A stretch of 64,000 nt of DNA, from positions 62,001-126,000 of the forward strand of contig DF237182.1 in assembly GCA_000708835.1 (NCBI GenBank), in the 5' to 3' direction. This DNA is from Klebsormidium nitens (Eukaryota > Plantae > Klebsormidiophyceae). The first letter of the stretch is position 1. Every line of letters begins with the position of its first letter. The notes beneath the pieces were generated by a model. It had not been told where the DNA came from. It did not search any database and worked only from the letters and a program-made list of their open reading frames with translations. A program made the position numbers and the translations under genes. Positions 35,843-48,600 of this stretch are shown in pieces.

Positions 35843-36660
35843 CCTGTAGAGAGGTGTGAAACAAGCAGCAGCAGCAAGACAATCGACAAATGGCTGGACT
35901 CTCAATGTCCCTTCCAATCAGCCTGGTTGGACCACAGCAGTCCCGATATCCCTGAATTGCGATGTTGAAAAGCTTGCTCCTTATAAGCTTTTCTCCTGAT
36001 CAACATTCAAAAGGTAGCCCAACCGCCTCAGGCTCAGGGCTCCAAACCTTTGTCCAGAGCAGTGCTGGAATTGGAAAAGCCTCAGGCTCAGAGCGGGTCT
36101 GAACTGCATGAGACTCAAGAGGGCAAAATTCGCGAAGCAGCAAACTATCTGAAATTCAAGCACTGCATTACGATTCGGCCCGAATATGACATGACTTTGA
36201 AATGATTGGAAACTAGAAGAAGTAGTCGATACTGTGCATCGTCGAACGGATTGTGGCCGCATAGACAGAGGGAGTAGCCTACGGCGAAGTCGGCTTCGAG
36301 CCCCCCTTCAAAGTCAATGAAACGCTCAGACAAAAACGCTGGAAAATAAATCCGACCAAATCCCAGCCCTGTGCATGAAATTATCCTGAGCAGAGCTGTT
36401 CAAGCTCACATGCAAAAGCTCAGCTCACTGCTGAGACAACAGAACTGGAGTCCCAAATGCTACGTGGTATGCAGGCATGCTCTCATTTGCTGAGCTTTTC
36501 CTGCATGAATCTGGTGCAGCACTACGGACGACATTGCTGCGCATTTCAGCACTCGCATTGCTGACACCTTTGTAAAGGCACATCATGCGCCTACATGCAG
36601 ATTCCACCGTTCCTCATAGCTAGCATTAGTTAAGCACTTCCCAAATTGCAATCTCGCACC

Positions 36661-39600
36661 ATGGAGCACTTTGTCGCCGACGTCATCACCAAGCAGCTGG
36701 CGCAGTTCCTGGTCCTGTCTCCGGACGAGTTGCACCTTCATCTGCTGTCCGGGGAGGTCCGGTTGCAGAATGTCCGGTTGAATACAAACACTATCAACAA
36801 GGACTATGCGACGGCGTCTCCCCTTCTGGTCAAGAAAGGGATTGTTGGTTTATTGAGGGTACAGTTCAAACCTCTCCGTGTGGACGCAATCAACGTGCTG
36901 GTGGAGGATATTGAACTGGAAGTAGAGCCAAGGTAAGGTGACAAGGTCTTTGGTCAGAAGTCCAGTCCTTTGTAACTTTCAGTCACCATCTTTCAATCTC
37001 CAACATAAGGGCACTTTATTGACGGCATCAAGGTGCCTAAGTCTCTGCTGCAAGAAACCAATGCTGGTGGCCCAAGTGGAATTCAAGCCCGCGTGAAAAG
37101 CTGTGCTTAAAACAGTTGAGTCCCATCAGTCAACATTACAAAGATAGTTGTCTTCGCTAGTTTTGAGTTCAATGTCGATGTCACGTGCTTGCATTTTTCA
37201 GTACTACACATGCACCTTTGTTAAGCTGGCAGACTGTCCTGTTTTGAGCCAGGCCTCCTTGGTGATCAATTTAAGCTTCATGTTAGAACCCGCGATGCCC
37301 CTGCCTTCCCCCCAGGCTTGAAGTGAGTAATGATGGAATCACGCACTCTTCCATGATGATTCACAGCGATTTTCAAACCGTTGATTGCAAGGAAGGAGTG
37401 TATCATACAGTTTATAGAATCAATAACTGCGGACCGTGGACGGTGCTAACCTGGTGTTCATGCTGAAACTGATCAAGTTCAGGGTCAAAGAAACAGTTGC
37501 ACTCAGCAAACAAGTGCTGCATGCGAACATACTTCTGATACGCCTTGCTATTGAATCGGTTTCAGGCCCCCTGACTCTGATTGGTGGTCGAAGCAAGCGG
37601 CCGCCGCCCCTGTGACACTCGACCGCAGCCAACAGCTCGCCCTCCTCGACCCTGAGGCAGCCGCGATCGAGGAATTCGCAAAAGATGGCGCAGGGCCCTC
37701 TCGTCTGCAGAAGATCGCCGTTGGCTTCCTTGAGCGCTTAACTGCCGCGGTCCTGGGGGCGCTCCGAGTTGAGGTCAGAAATGTGAGAGTGAGCGTTGTG
37801 GTGGGGTTCCGGGGAGAAGGGACTGATGTTCGAGCGAAGGGTTCCGAAATTGCATGTCATAGGCAGAACCAGTCTGGGAAGGAGGAAGAGAGAGGCGGCT
37901 ACGTTGAGAACATCCGAAATGGCATGCCGAGCGAGGTCCAAAGCGGGGAACAAAGTGGGCCAAACGATGGGGGAGGGAGAAGAGACGCCCGCCCAGTTGC
38001 AGATGGACTAGAGAAGGCGGAAGATGCAGTTAGGGAGGGAAACGAGGACAACAACGCTGAAGGGCGCAATTCTGTGATCGAATCGGCGGAGCCTCACACC
38101 GCAATCCCAGTCGCTCCTGGCGGCAGGAGCCCCCCTGGCGGGCAAGAGTATGTTGCTCTCGAGGTGGCACTTGAGAGCTTCATTTTGTTTGAGGGCCGAC
38201 ACGGGCAGAACGGGGGTAGTGGGGGTGGGCTTCTCGGGGCGGCCTGGACGGCTGTTTTNNNNNNNNNNNNNNNNNNNNNNNNNNNNNNNNNNNNNNNNNN
38301 NNNNNNNNNNNNNNNNNNNNNNNNNNNNNNNNNNNNNNNNNNNNNNNNNNNNNNNNNNNNNNNNNNNNNNNNNNNNNNNNNNNNNNNNNNNNNNNNNNNN
38401 NNNNNNNNNNNNNNNNNNNNNNNNNNNNNNNNNNNNNNNNNNNNNNNNNNNNNNNNNNNNNNNNNNNNNNNNNNNNNNNNNNNNNNNNNNNNNNNNNNNN
38501 NNNNNNNNNNNNNNNNNNNNNNNNNNNNNNNNNNNNNNNNNNNNNNNNNNNNNNNNNNNNNNNNNNNNNNNNNNNNNNNNNNNNNNNNNNNNNNNNNNNN
38601 NNNNNNNNNNNNNNNNNNNNNNNNNNNNNNNNNNNNNNNNNNNNNNNNNNNNNNNNNNNNNNNNNNNNNNNNNNNNNNNNNNNNNNNNNNNNNNNNNNNN
38701 NNNNNNNNNGGGTGGGCTTCTCGGGGCGGCCTGGACGGCTGTTTTCGGATCAGGAGGCGCCGACAAGGGGTCTGTGAGCAAACACACGCAGTTGGGAGGG
38801 CTGGCAATTAGACTCGAGACAAGCGAGGGGCGGGGAGAGGGGGAAGCGGAGATGAGTGATAATAGCAAGGGGTTGAGCAGAGCTAAGCCGGGCGAGAGCG
38901 AGCAGACCATTGACAGTGACACTGAGACAACGGTTGTCTCTCTGGGTGGGCTTTCGTCCCCAGAGAGTAGCATCAAAAGTGGGGAGGGTTTGGCAAGCGG
39001 CGAGGAAAAGGGGGCTACCCCGCTGCGGGTTGCTAGTGTTAGTCGGAGGAGCATTCTGCTCCCGAACGAGATCGACACGGTGCTCAGAATCAACAAGCTG
39101 GGGTTGGACAGGGTTCAGGTGGACGCTCGGACGATGGCCATGGAGTTGGACGTCCAAGACTTGGCTGCGCTCGCGCACTTGGCGGCGGCTCTCAGCCCCC
39201 CTGCAAAAGTGAGTGCTGGTCAAAGCTCGTTGGAAGGTTCGGAGGGGACTCGCGAGGCTGCCACGAATAGGGGGAGTACAGAGGGGAAGCCAGGTGAAGC
39301 TGAAGGAAAGTCTCATGGAAAAGGGCGCTCAGAGCAAACACCAGCGCAGGACTCAGAGGGAGGGAGCAAAGAGGGGCGTTCGGAGGAGGGGGAAGGCGGC
39401 CTGTCGGAGGCGGCACTGCGGTGGCAGAAGGCCTTTCGATTGATCAGGGAGCAGAGCCACAGCACGCGACTGCACGGTGTGCTTGAGGCCGGGGCTGCCA
39501 GGAGGAGGTGCGCACAAAGATTACTTGCGAATGCTGGCTTCGTGCTTTTCAATCGAGATAGAGCAGAAGTCTCGAGAAACAGCCCGTTCGAGAAGATTGA

Positions 39601-42600
39601 AGTTGGCTGTCCTGTGTGCGATTTTACGTGTTGTGCTGCTTTACACTTGGGGGGAAATTTCAACCTCTGCGACTTTTCCCCGCCATCGATCGACAAAACA
39701 TGTCGAGTCGACCTGGTATTTGACGTTGAAGGGAAGTTTCCAAGCCTTCCTTTGTTTTGTATGTTTACATTGCGAGCAAGACACGTCATCAAGTATCCAA
39801 CAGGGTTGGCTTTCTGTGTTGTTACTGTTGCACATCACTGCCAATAGAGCTGGACTTTCTTTGTCCACTAAGCATCCTACCCTCTTTCGAAAGGCCTCCT
39901 GCCCCCGCAATGCTTGCTAATAATGGCAAAGCTCCTGCCTGACGTCAACTCTCGGTCCGCATATCACAGGTACGTCGCCCTTTATGCCGAGTGGCTGCGC
40001 GCGATCGGATGGGGCGAGGACGCTCCCGCGCAACTGGCGCGTCAACAAGCGGAGAAGCGCCAGCCGCGCGAGGTGCAGCGGCTCAAGGCCCGGTTGCACG
40101 ACTCTCTACAGACCACAGAGGGATCCCTCCCGATTGAAGCAATCGTAGTTGCGCGCAAGATCGCGCGAGCGCAGATTCAGGGGCAGAACGGGGAAGACGC
40201 AAAGGGGGCCTTCCTGAGCCTTTCTCGAGGGGCCAGCGGGGTGCAGAAAGAAGGGGAAGATTGGTGGTTTTGGGAGACGAAGTATTACAAGTCTGCCAAG
40301 GCAATTGCGAAAGTGCTGTACGCGGTGCTGTGGGGCCTGTTGAACACGCTCTGGACGATCGTTGTGAGCCCGTACAACGGCTTTGTGTCGGCCACCCACG
40401 TCATGCAGGCGCGGCCCGAGGCGGACCCCTGGGCGGTCGACGATGATGTCACACCGGCGGAGATAACCTCAGCCAAGGGCGACGAACAAGCGCCAGCTGG
40501 GGCGCCCGCTCAGCTGGCGCTCACGGCGTCGTTCCACATTGGGGCGGGCAGCGTGACGTTCAGCTCGTCTCGAATGACGTCAGCGCCACGTCAGCAGGAG
40601 GGCGAGGCTCCCGAGGGGCAGGCGGTCCGGCTGACGTGGAGCCGCCTCTCGCTGTCGGCAACGCAAAGCGGAGGAGAAGGCGGCGGCGCGGTGTATCTGG
40701 CAAGAGTGACTCTCGGCAGCGTCGACTGCAACTGCATCTCCGTGCTTTCCTATTCCACGGCGATCCAGCTCGGTCGAGCCGACTCGCTCTCTGAGCCACC
40801 CCGGTTAGAGTCGACTCCTTCCGGGGGCTTCCTGCGGAGCATCTTTGGGCTCGAGCGGCAGCGCAGCGAAGGCGTCGAAGTTGACGAGGTCACAGAGCGG
40901 GATGCAACGTTCGACGATAAACCACGGTTGGTGGAAGGGTCCGGGGGCAATACCCCCCTGTTTGTGTCGGGCTTTGCACCCGAGTGGAAGACGGGGCACC
41001 CGAAAGCGTCATCGAAGCTGCTCGGGATGGGGGCGTTCTGCAACCGGGGGCTGGGGCGGGCCAGGCGAGCTCCAGCAGGAAGTGTGGGTGAGTGGATTCA
41101 CGATGAATGAAGTGTGCTTGAGAAGGCTCGCGGTTCACGGCTAGTAGTTGTTCTTGACTTTCTGGGCGGTTGGTGTTGATACATTGAGGAAGAAAGACGT
41201 CACGTGCTTTTGATTGGTATAGATTTGGACAGGTTGCTTAAGCTGGCTGCTGGAGTTCCCGAAAAGCGCTAGGTGACTCTCAAATGCTGTCCCTCATGTA
41301 TTGTATCAGGAACGAAGCTTCGTGCTGATTACATCAGACCATACACATTAGATTTTGGACCTTGAACAAGCCGTCCAATGGTTCTCGAAGAAGTGCCTAC
41401 GCTCGATTCGTGACGTGACTGATCGCTTGGAAGCACTCTTAAGTCATTTCTCGGAGGAACAGCAGATTGATATCAAGATGATTACCATGTACGTCCTTGC
41501 CACCCTCCCTTGTTCCAGTGTCAATCGATCACCCTCGTTAAGCCTATGTAGGCATTCTAGGTGTTCGACTCTGCCGTTTTTTCGTCACAGGCGGAGGTTT
41601 GAGCCTCAAGTCTCGTCTCCTCGGCACGAACGACCCAGGAAGCCGCTCGTTATTCACTCAACCATCCCTTCCTTCCGACGCCCACGAAGCCTCGGGTTCT
41701 CAAACGGCCCCTGTCGAATCCACATCCCACGCCCGCAAACCTTCTTTCCTAAGCCAGTTCTTCAACCGCCCCTTCTCGCATCTAGCCCGGGCCCCGTCCC
41801 TGGCGCGGCTCCCCTCTTTCAGCTCACAAACCAGCTCCCTTGCGACAAAACAGGGCCCCTCCCGTGAAGAGCAGGCCGCCGCAGAGCGCCGCAGGGAGCG
41901 GCGCGAGCGCTGGCGCGCGCGGTTAGCGGCTAACCGGCCGTTTGCAGTCGCGGCTGTAGAGGTTAACACGAGTGGGTTTATGAACCCCGGAGACGATGAA
42001 GCGGCGGCGGTGACATGTGGGGCGTCTGTTGGTCGGTTGAGCCTCTTTGTGGGTCTGGACGTCTTGGACCGAGTTGGACCGATCTTGTCCGAGCTGCGGG
42101 ATCTTGCGGCCTCTTTGGATCTGCTTTCGACGCCAAGCGGTGCGACGGCAATCGACAAAAGCAAGCCCGATCGGGGGACTGAACCAGGACAGTCGGGGAA
42201 AGACACGAGAGGCGTTCCCGAAGTGCAGCGGCCGAACAGTCCCTCGGACGTCCTAACCTCCTCGATAGCGTCCGTCTTCACGTTGCTTGGACCAAGCATC
42301 TGCGCGGCCGCACCGAGCATCCGCCTAGACGTGTCGGCAGTCGTCGACCTACCCCGGTTGATCCTCACTGGGGGTGCTCCGGACGCACCTTCGGCGTCCG
42401 AATCAATCATTGCGGACGCTGGACAGCTGGCGCTGTCCCTATGGCCAGTCTCCCCGGCCCTGCACCAGCAGGAGCGACGCCGGCGCGCATCGCAAGTGTC
42501 GGCAAGTGGGCGCACGCCCCCGGGACAAGGCCTCAGAGCGCCCCCTCCCGAGAAAAAGGATGATGCAATCAACCCGTCTGGGGGTCTCTGGGAGATCTCC

Positions 42601-45600
42601 GCACTCGAGTTGGAGGCCTGGGACCGGCACCCATCTCTTCCCCGCGACGTCGTGGGGGGCCGATACTCCCAGCGGTTCAGAATCTGGAACAGCGCTCGGC
42701 TGACTCTGTCAGCGGCCTCCGCTGCCGTTGCTGATGTTAGCATGTCGAAACTAGCCCGTCGGGAGGGGGGGATGGAGGACTTCGGGGCCACGTGGCTGGT
42801 GGAACCGGCGGGGGTTGAAGTAAGTGCCTCGCTGTTGAAGGAGGTCGGGACGTCGTTGTTTGGAGGAGGAACCGCGGCGTCGGTGGTGCTTGGGTTAAGG
42901 TTAGCGGAACTGGCCGTTGACCCGTTGCCGGACGCCGTGGCACGGGCTGTGGGGGTAGCATCGCAGCTGATGCGGGGGGTGGAAAAGTTGGTGGCGGAAC
43001 TTTCGCCTAAAACCGGAGCGCTAACCCAGGAAGCCCCGAGCCCAGGGGTCGGCGACGTGCTTGGGGAAGGCTTGAAATATACTGCAGATACTGCAGCAGA
43101 AGTGGTCGTTGAGCAGGTCCCCATTCCAAGCCTTGCAAAAGCGAACCAGGTCGAGTTATTCTCGCTTGCTGCCTACGTGCACGCCGCAAAACTGAAGGCC
43201 AATCTAAGCGAAGGGGGTAAACAGGAGGCTGAACGGGGCTCTGAAGGGGGTTTGGGCAGGGGAAAAGGAAGCGGTGACGTCAGAAGGGAGGGCGAAGAGA
43301 AGACTGGCGAAGCAGGACCCCAGAGCCCTTCGGGAAAAAGCAGAGCGCACGGAAGGTGGGCACACGCGACGAGAACGATTACTAACCTGAGGAGACAAGC
43401 GGCTGAGAATCGGGGTCAGCGGGACCCGCGCCCGGAGTTAGCCCAAACCCAGGCGCGGCAGCGGCTGGAGGGCGTCCCTGCACACGTGGCGCTCGAGGGA
43501 GCGTGGTTGAGCGTACACCTCAGCGGGAAGGACTGCCAGGCTGACGTGGCAGGGGGTCTGGGGGCTGTGCGGATGGAGGTCGGGGCGAAGGCCCAGGACG
43601 AAGGCTGGGGGGTTACGGCCCTAACCGACGGCAAACCCGGTTTTGGCGGCGAGCGCAGCCAACTGACACTTGGCCGGTGCGGGTTCGAGGCATCTTTGGG
43701 GGAGGTTCTGAGGAGAGGGGTGAGGGAACTAGAGGGGGAGGATACTTCCACCCTATTTGATGACAATTCCGAGAACAGGGGGTTGTTGACGGACCAGGAA
43801 ATATCCCCCCCCGCGAACCTGATCTCAGCGGCGCTCCAGGTGGGCAGTCTGACGTTCTTGGAGTCTGGGGAAGCGGGGCTCACGGTGACGCGGCACGTGA
43901 AGCAGGCCATGACGGGGCCGGAGAGCCTGACGCTCGCCGTCGAAATCGCCGAAGGGCTGCAAGCAGTCTCGCTGCATTCGACGGGCGGCCTGTTTCTGGT
44001 CGACTCTGGGGCTCTCGCGCGGGCCTACGCTTTCCTGACGGACTTTGCAACGGCTCTCAGTGTCAGCGTAAGCGCGGGGCTGTCCGAAGGGGGAGGGACT
44101 CCGGAACGCCCACAAAGAGGAGACTCTGCGTCTGGAAAAGGAGCCACCTCTTCAAACAGCCGGAGCGTGACTTCGGACGGCCAGCAACCGGGCGCGGACC
44201 CATTTGAAGCGTCCGCAGATATGAGCAGGGCGGGCGTGAAGCGCTCGTTGGAAGAGGGGCCGGAGACGGTGATTAACAGGTCGAGATCGAGAGGGACCAG
44301 CCTAAGTCAGAGCGGCAAAACGGTCCGGTGGGCAGATGTGGAGACAGCTGGCGAAGAGCAGCCGTACGGAGAGAGCGGGGGAGAAGTCGAGGAGATAGGA
44401 CCCGAATCAAAGAGCGCTGCATTTTCGGAGCGGAAGCAGGGGAAAGAGCGTACTGAATCAGGGGGAGGTCTCGGGAACGGGACGCTAGAAGCACCATCCG
44501 CGGGAGGAACGAGCGGAGTTGCTGGGCTAGATATCAAGGTTACGGTCTCGGTGAAAGGGGTGACAACGGGCCTGCTCAGGTCGATCGCCGTGGATCTAGG
44601 TGGGTATTTGCTGCTGCCTTTCTTTCAGAACGCAGTGTCAATGTGCTCGTCAAGCTAACCTCGCAGTCAGTTTATGCTTTCTATGTGCGTGAACGATCCG
44701 AATCAACAGTCTTTTATGGACAATTCTGATGTCCAATCATAGGTATTGTCGATGCGTCACCCTATGTAGATACTTACTAAGCTTCTACAAATCCGATAGT
44801 CCCCTTAACAGTAGCAAAGCAGCTCAAGTTTGTTTGGGTTGTTTGTCAGTCAACTTCTTGTGAAACCCACAAAGCATTCACTTCGTCGTGGTCATATTTC
44901 TGCACTTCATAGGCTCAATCTAGGTGTTCGATCCTCTATACAGCCACATGGTTCATTTCTAAATCGTGAAGTCTTCTATTCCGGAAGTACGAATGCTTCC
45001 GAAGATCCTCAAAAAAGCTATTGTTAATGCCCTCCTTTTTGCAGCTCCTGCGGGTGCTGTTCTGATGGAGCTCGACACCACCGCCTCAGTCACTACTGAG
45101 AACGGCGACCTCTCAGCCCGCCTTGACCTTTCCCGGGTCGCCCTTCTGGGCGTCATCCCCCCGCCTCAAGAAGTGGGCACCCGTGTTTCTGGCGAATCTA
45201 GTTCCGCCGCCCTCTTCAAAGAAGCTGAGCACGAGTCCGCCAAAACCTCCTCTCGGGAGCATTTCGGGGCAACCGTAACCAGGGGGTTCCGAGAGCAAGG
45301 TCGCCCAAGCGAGGATGAGCTTTCGCCTGCTCTACGCGGAGGCCGGCTGATACTGGAGTGCTTAAGGTTGGGGGCGAAGGTCCGAAGCGTGCCGTCGGAG
45401 AAGTCGGACGGTGTTTCGGACGATTCTTTCTCTTGGGGGGGTACCAGAAGCGGTGGACTCCTCCCCCCACCGCGGGCAGAAACCTCAGTTCTCAATCCGA
45501 AGGCCCTGGAGACGCTCGATGCCAACGAGAGCAAGCACTTAGACAGACTCATAGAAGCCGTCAGGGCGCAGAGCGGGGCCTGGGAGGGGGAGTGCCACGT

Positions 45601-48600
45601 CAGCGGCGCTGACGTGGCAGTGACGACCAGCGAGCTGCAGCTTCTGATCTCGATTGCGACTCCGCTTTACACGGCGTTGTATGCGACAGGCACTACTGCT
45701 GCTGTAGATAAGAAGATGCGCAAGGAAGTCGGGTTGGCGGTTGCTGGGAAGGACGCTGAGGAGCTTGCATTGCAAGACTTGGTGGATATTCCCGATGGTA
45801 AGAATCAGATACTCGCACCGGTTTTTGTTGGAGACGTCTGGAAAGATGCTCTGTCGAAGGTTCCATCTCGGTTCTCGCCTTCTGAAACTCCCATGCAGGA
45901 CGCACTGCAAGACAACAGCACATGAAGATACGAGAGGAGACGTGTTTCGAGCTTTCCAAGCGGATTGAGATGCAGCTTTTCAAACAAAGCACGAGTCGTC
46001 TCTTCAATCTTGACTCATCAGCGGTTTCCTTGCTTCAAGTGCTAGACGCAGATCACTTTCAAACCAAAGAGAGCCAGCAATCACATCGTGCTCTGGAGAC
46101 AGATGGCTGCAAAACCTCCCGCTTCTCAACACAAATGTGGTACAGTCTGACAACGCCCCCTTGCAACTGCAGGCGCTATTGTGGCGATCAAGGACGAGCA
46201 GGAGCAGCTGTTCGTGTCCGTGGAGCCACTCCCGTCCAATCCGGAGCACTTCCGAGTGGTCGGCAAGCGGCACTACACGCTCGCAGACACAGTGACCGGG
46301 GAGGGGCGGGCCCTGTTCAAGGTGAGGCGAGCAGGGCAAGCAGGGGGTGCACATGATGAGGGAGCCCTGACAGGGCCCTACTGAAACGTGTTTGGTGTCT
46401 CCCTGCGAGGTTTGTTCTTCCAGACGATCTTGTTGGTCGGATGAAATTGACTTTGTCTCGGAAAAGGTTCGACTTCAATATTTCGTTCTGCCAGGGACCC
46501 GCAATCAGACTGCTCAGGTGTATCGACGCATGTTCACTAACTCAACAAGAGCAGCTGTGGTAGCTTTTAAAGAGGCATCGAGCATGAACAAATTCGCCTC
46601 TTAGGGAGTCGTTATCTTCCAATGCTCTTTCCAAACACCAACCACGCCATAAATGTCAACGCAGAGAGCTCGTAAAAAGAGCTGTCAGGAAACAGCAAAG
46701 AACGGAAGGGGAATGGAAATTGCTTATTCGTTCAGGTCAAGCGCCACTCGAAGCGTGGCAGTGGCAACAAGGACCAGGCGTGGTTCTCCTTGCTCTCGCT
46801 CTACGCCCGACACCCAACTTCCGGCGAGCCGTTCCGCCTCCACTTCTCCCCGAAGACCAACCAGGCCGGAATCAGCACCACCAACGACGGCTCCTGGGAG
46901 CTCTTCCGACTCCAGGCCGTCGAAGGCTCCCAGTACGGAACCAGTGGGGACGCATTCGACGGGGCCGAAGGCGAAGGCGGCTCCGCTCGTAAAACGCGGC
47001 CGCGGATCCACATGGTCAACAAGAAGGCGGGCAAGGGGTTGGCGTTTTTGGAGGGGGCGCCTGTGTTCACGAGTAAGCTGGGGAACCCAGTCAAGCTTAA
47101 GGTCTTAACCGTGCCCTTAACCGAGGGTCTAGACGTCGAAGCTGGCTCAAACACCGGGGCTGGGGTCGTCCAGGGACAACGTGACGTCATCCCCACCGAG
47201 AGCACGCGTCAGCCGATCGAGACGCCACTGGAGTTGCCTTTGCAACATGTGGAGAATGTTGCGGTGGCGCTGACGAGCGTGCCACATGTCAAGGTCTCAG
47301 TGGCAGGGGGCCTGAAGGCGACGATCCTCCACGAGGCAGCGGGAGGGGCCCACATCCTGCCGTTGCTGCGCCTCAGTGCTGACGACATCGGGGCCATAGT
47401 GACGTCGGGCACGAGAAAGTCCCGGGCCTATGCTGAGCTGGTGACGTCAGCGGAGTACTTCGAGTCTCAGAGGAGCCAGTGGGGGCCGATGGTGACGAAT
47501 CTGGCGCTGGACGTGTCGTACAGGTGTGCATCTTTTGCTAGTGAAGTGTCATTCTAGCTGCCAGTTCTCTTCCTGTCCTTCAATTCTGCGATTTTTGGTT
47601 TGAAAGCCATCGGGACCAAGCAATGCTGACCACTGGCTGCGAAAGTCGGAAGCGACTGAGTCCATGCGATGCTTTCCTTGAGAACTTAAAAGAACTTCAA
47701 AGAAAGCTACAGGTGAGGATGCTATTCTGATGGGTAACCTCCGGCTCCGTTTCGATAAGCCCATGAGAATGTTGAGATGTCAGTACCTCCCTTCAGATCA
47801 TGTCTCTGGGCGGATCTTACACCCAGACCTGACCATTCATCCTGTAAATGTTTCTGCAGAGGCCGATCTGGGGACTCTGCGGATCGCCCACCGGACCGCC
47901 CTCAGAAGCCGCTCCCCTTTCCCTTCCCTAAAGTGCCCACCAACGTTTTCCTCTTCATCCGAGACCGGGTTGACTTTGAGCTTAACCAAGTTGCCATGGA
48001 CACGCTACTCTTCCTGGTGGGCGCCCTCGGGTTAGCGGGACCCTACGTGGTTAAGTACTCCCCGACTCAGGCGAACCAGTGCCGGGTGGAAAATAAAACC
48101 GGCGTTGACCTCATGTGCCGGTTCAATGACGAGGAGGGAGAGGCAGCGCGGAGCGACGGTGTGGTGCGCTCCTTCGAAGGGGAATCCTTTCTCATACGGT
48201 GAGAATCGATGTCGCGAATCTATCTTGACTTAGGCCTCTTTCGACTTCAATTAGTGCCCCAGGCTCAAACAAACCAACCTGAGGTTAACGTACTCATACC
48301 CACCCCAATCCCCCAAACCAATATCACCCGTCTCCCGGGCATGACGGAATTTTTACATAGCCTTACCTCAGCGTAAAGAGTCCTTAAGTTCCTGGGTTGC
48401 AGCGCTGCTTGTTTTTCGTTTCCGCAGCGATGCAGACTTCAGCCATCCAGACGGAAAGTTTCTACATGTGCAACAAATCTAGAAATGTTGGTTGTAACAT
48501 ATCGAGGTGATTTTTAATCAGTGATTGCCATTGCAGGAATGAGGAATGAGGGGGTTGGGAACGCTAGGAGACCGATCGAGATCCGGAGTCCGGTTCCTGA

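Noticed and set aside
41700-43910. Long minus-strand ORFs (474 aa and others) over VPS13X exon 4
   Set aside because: Antisense shadows of a GC-rich exon
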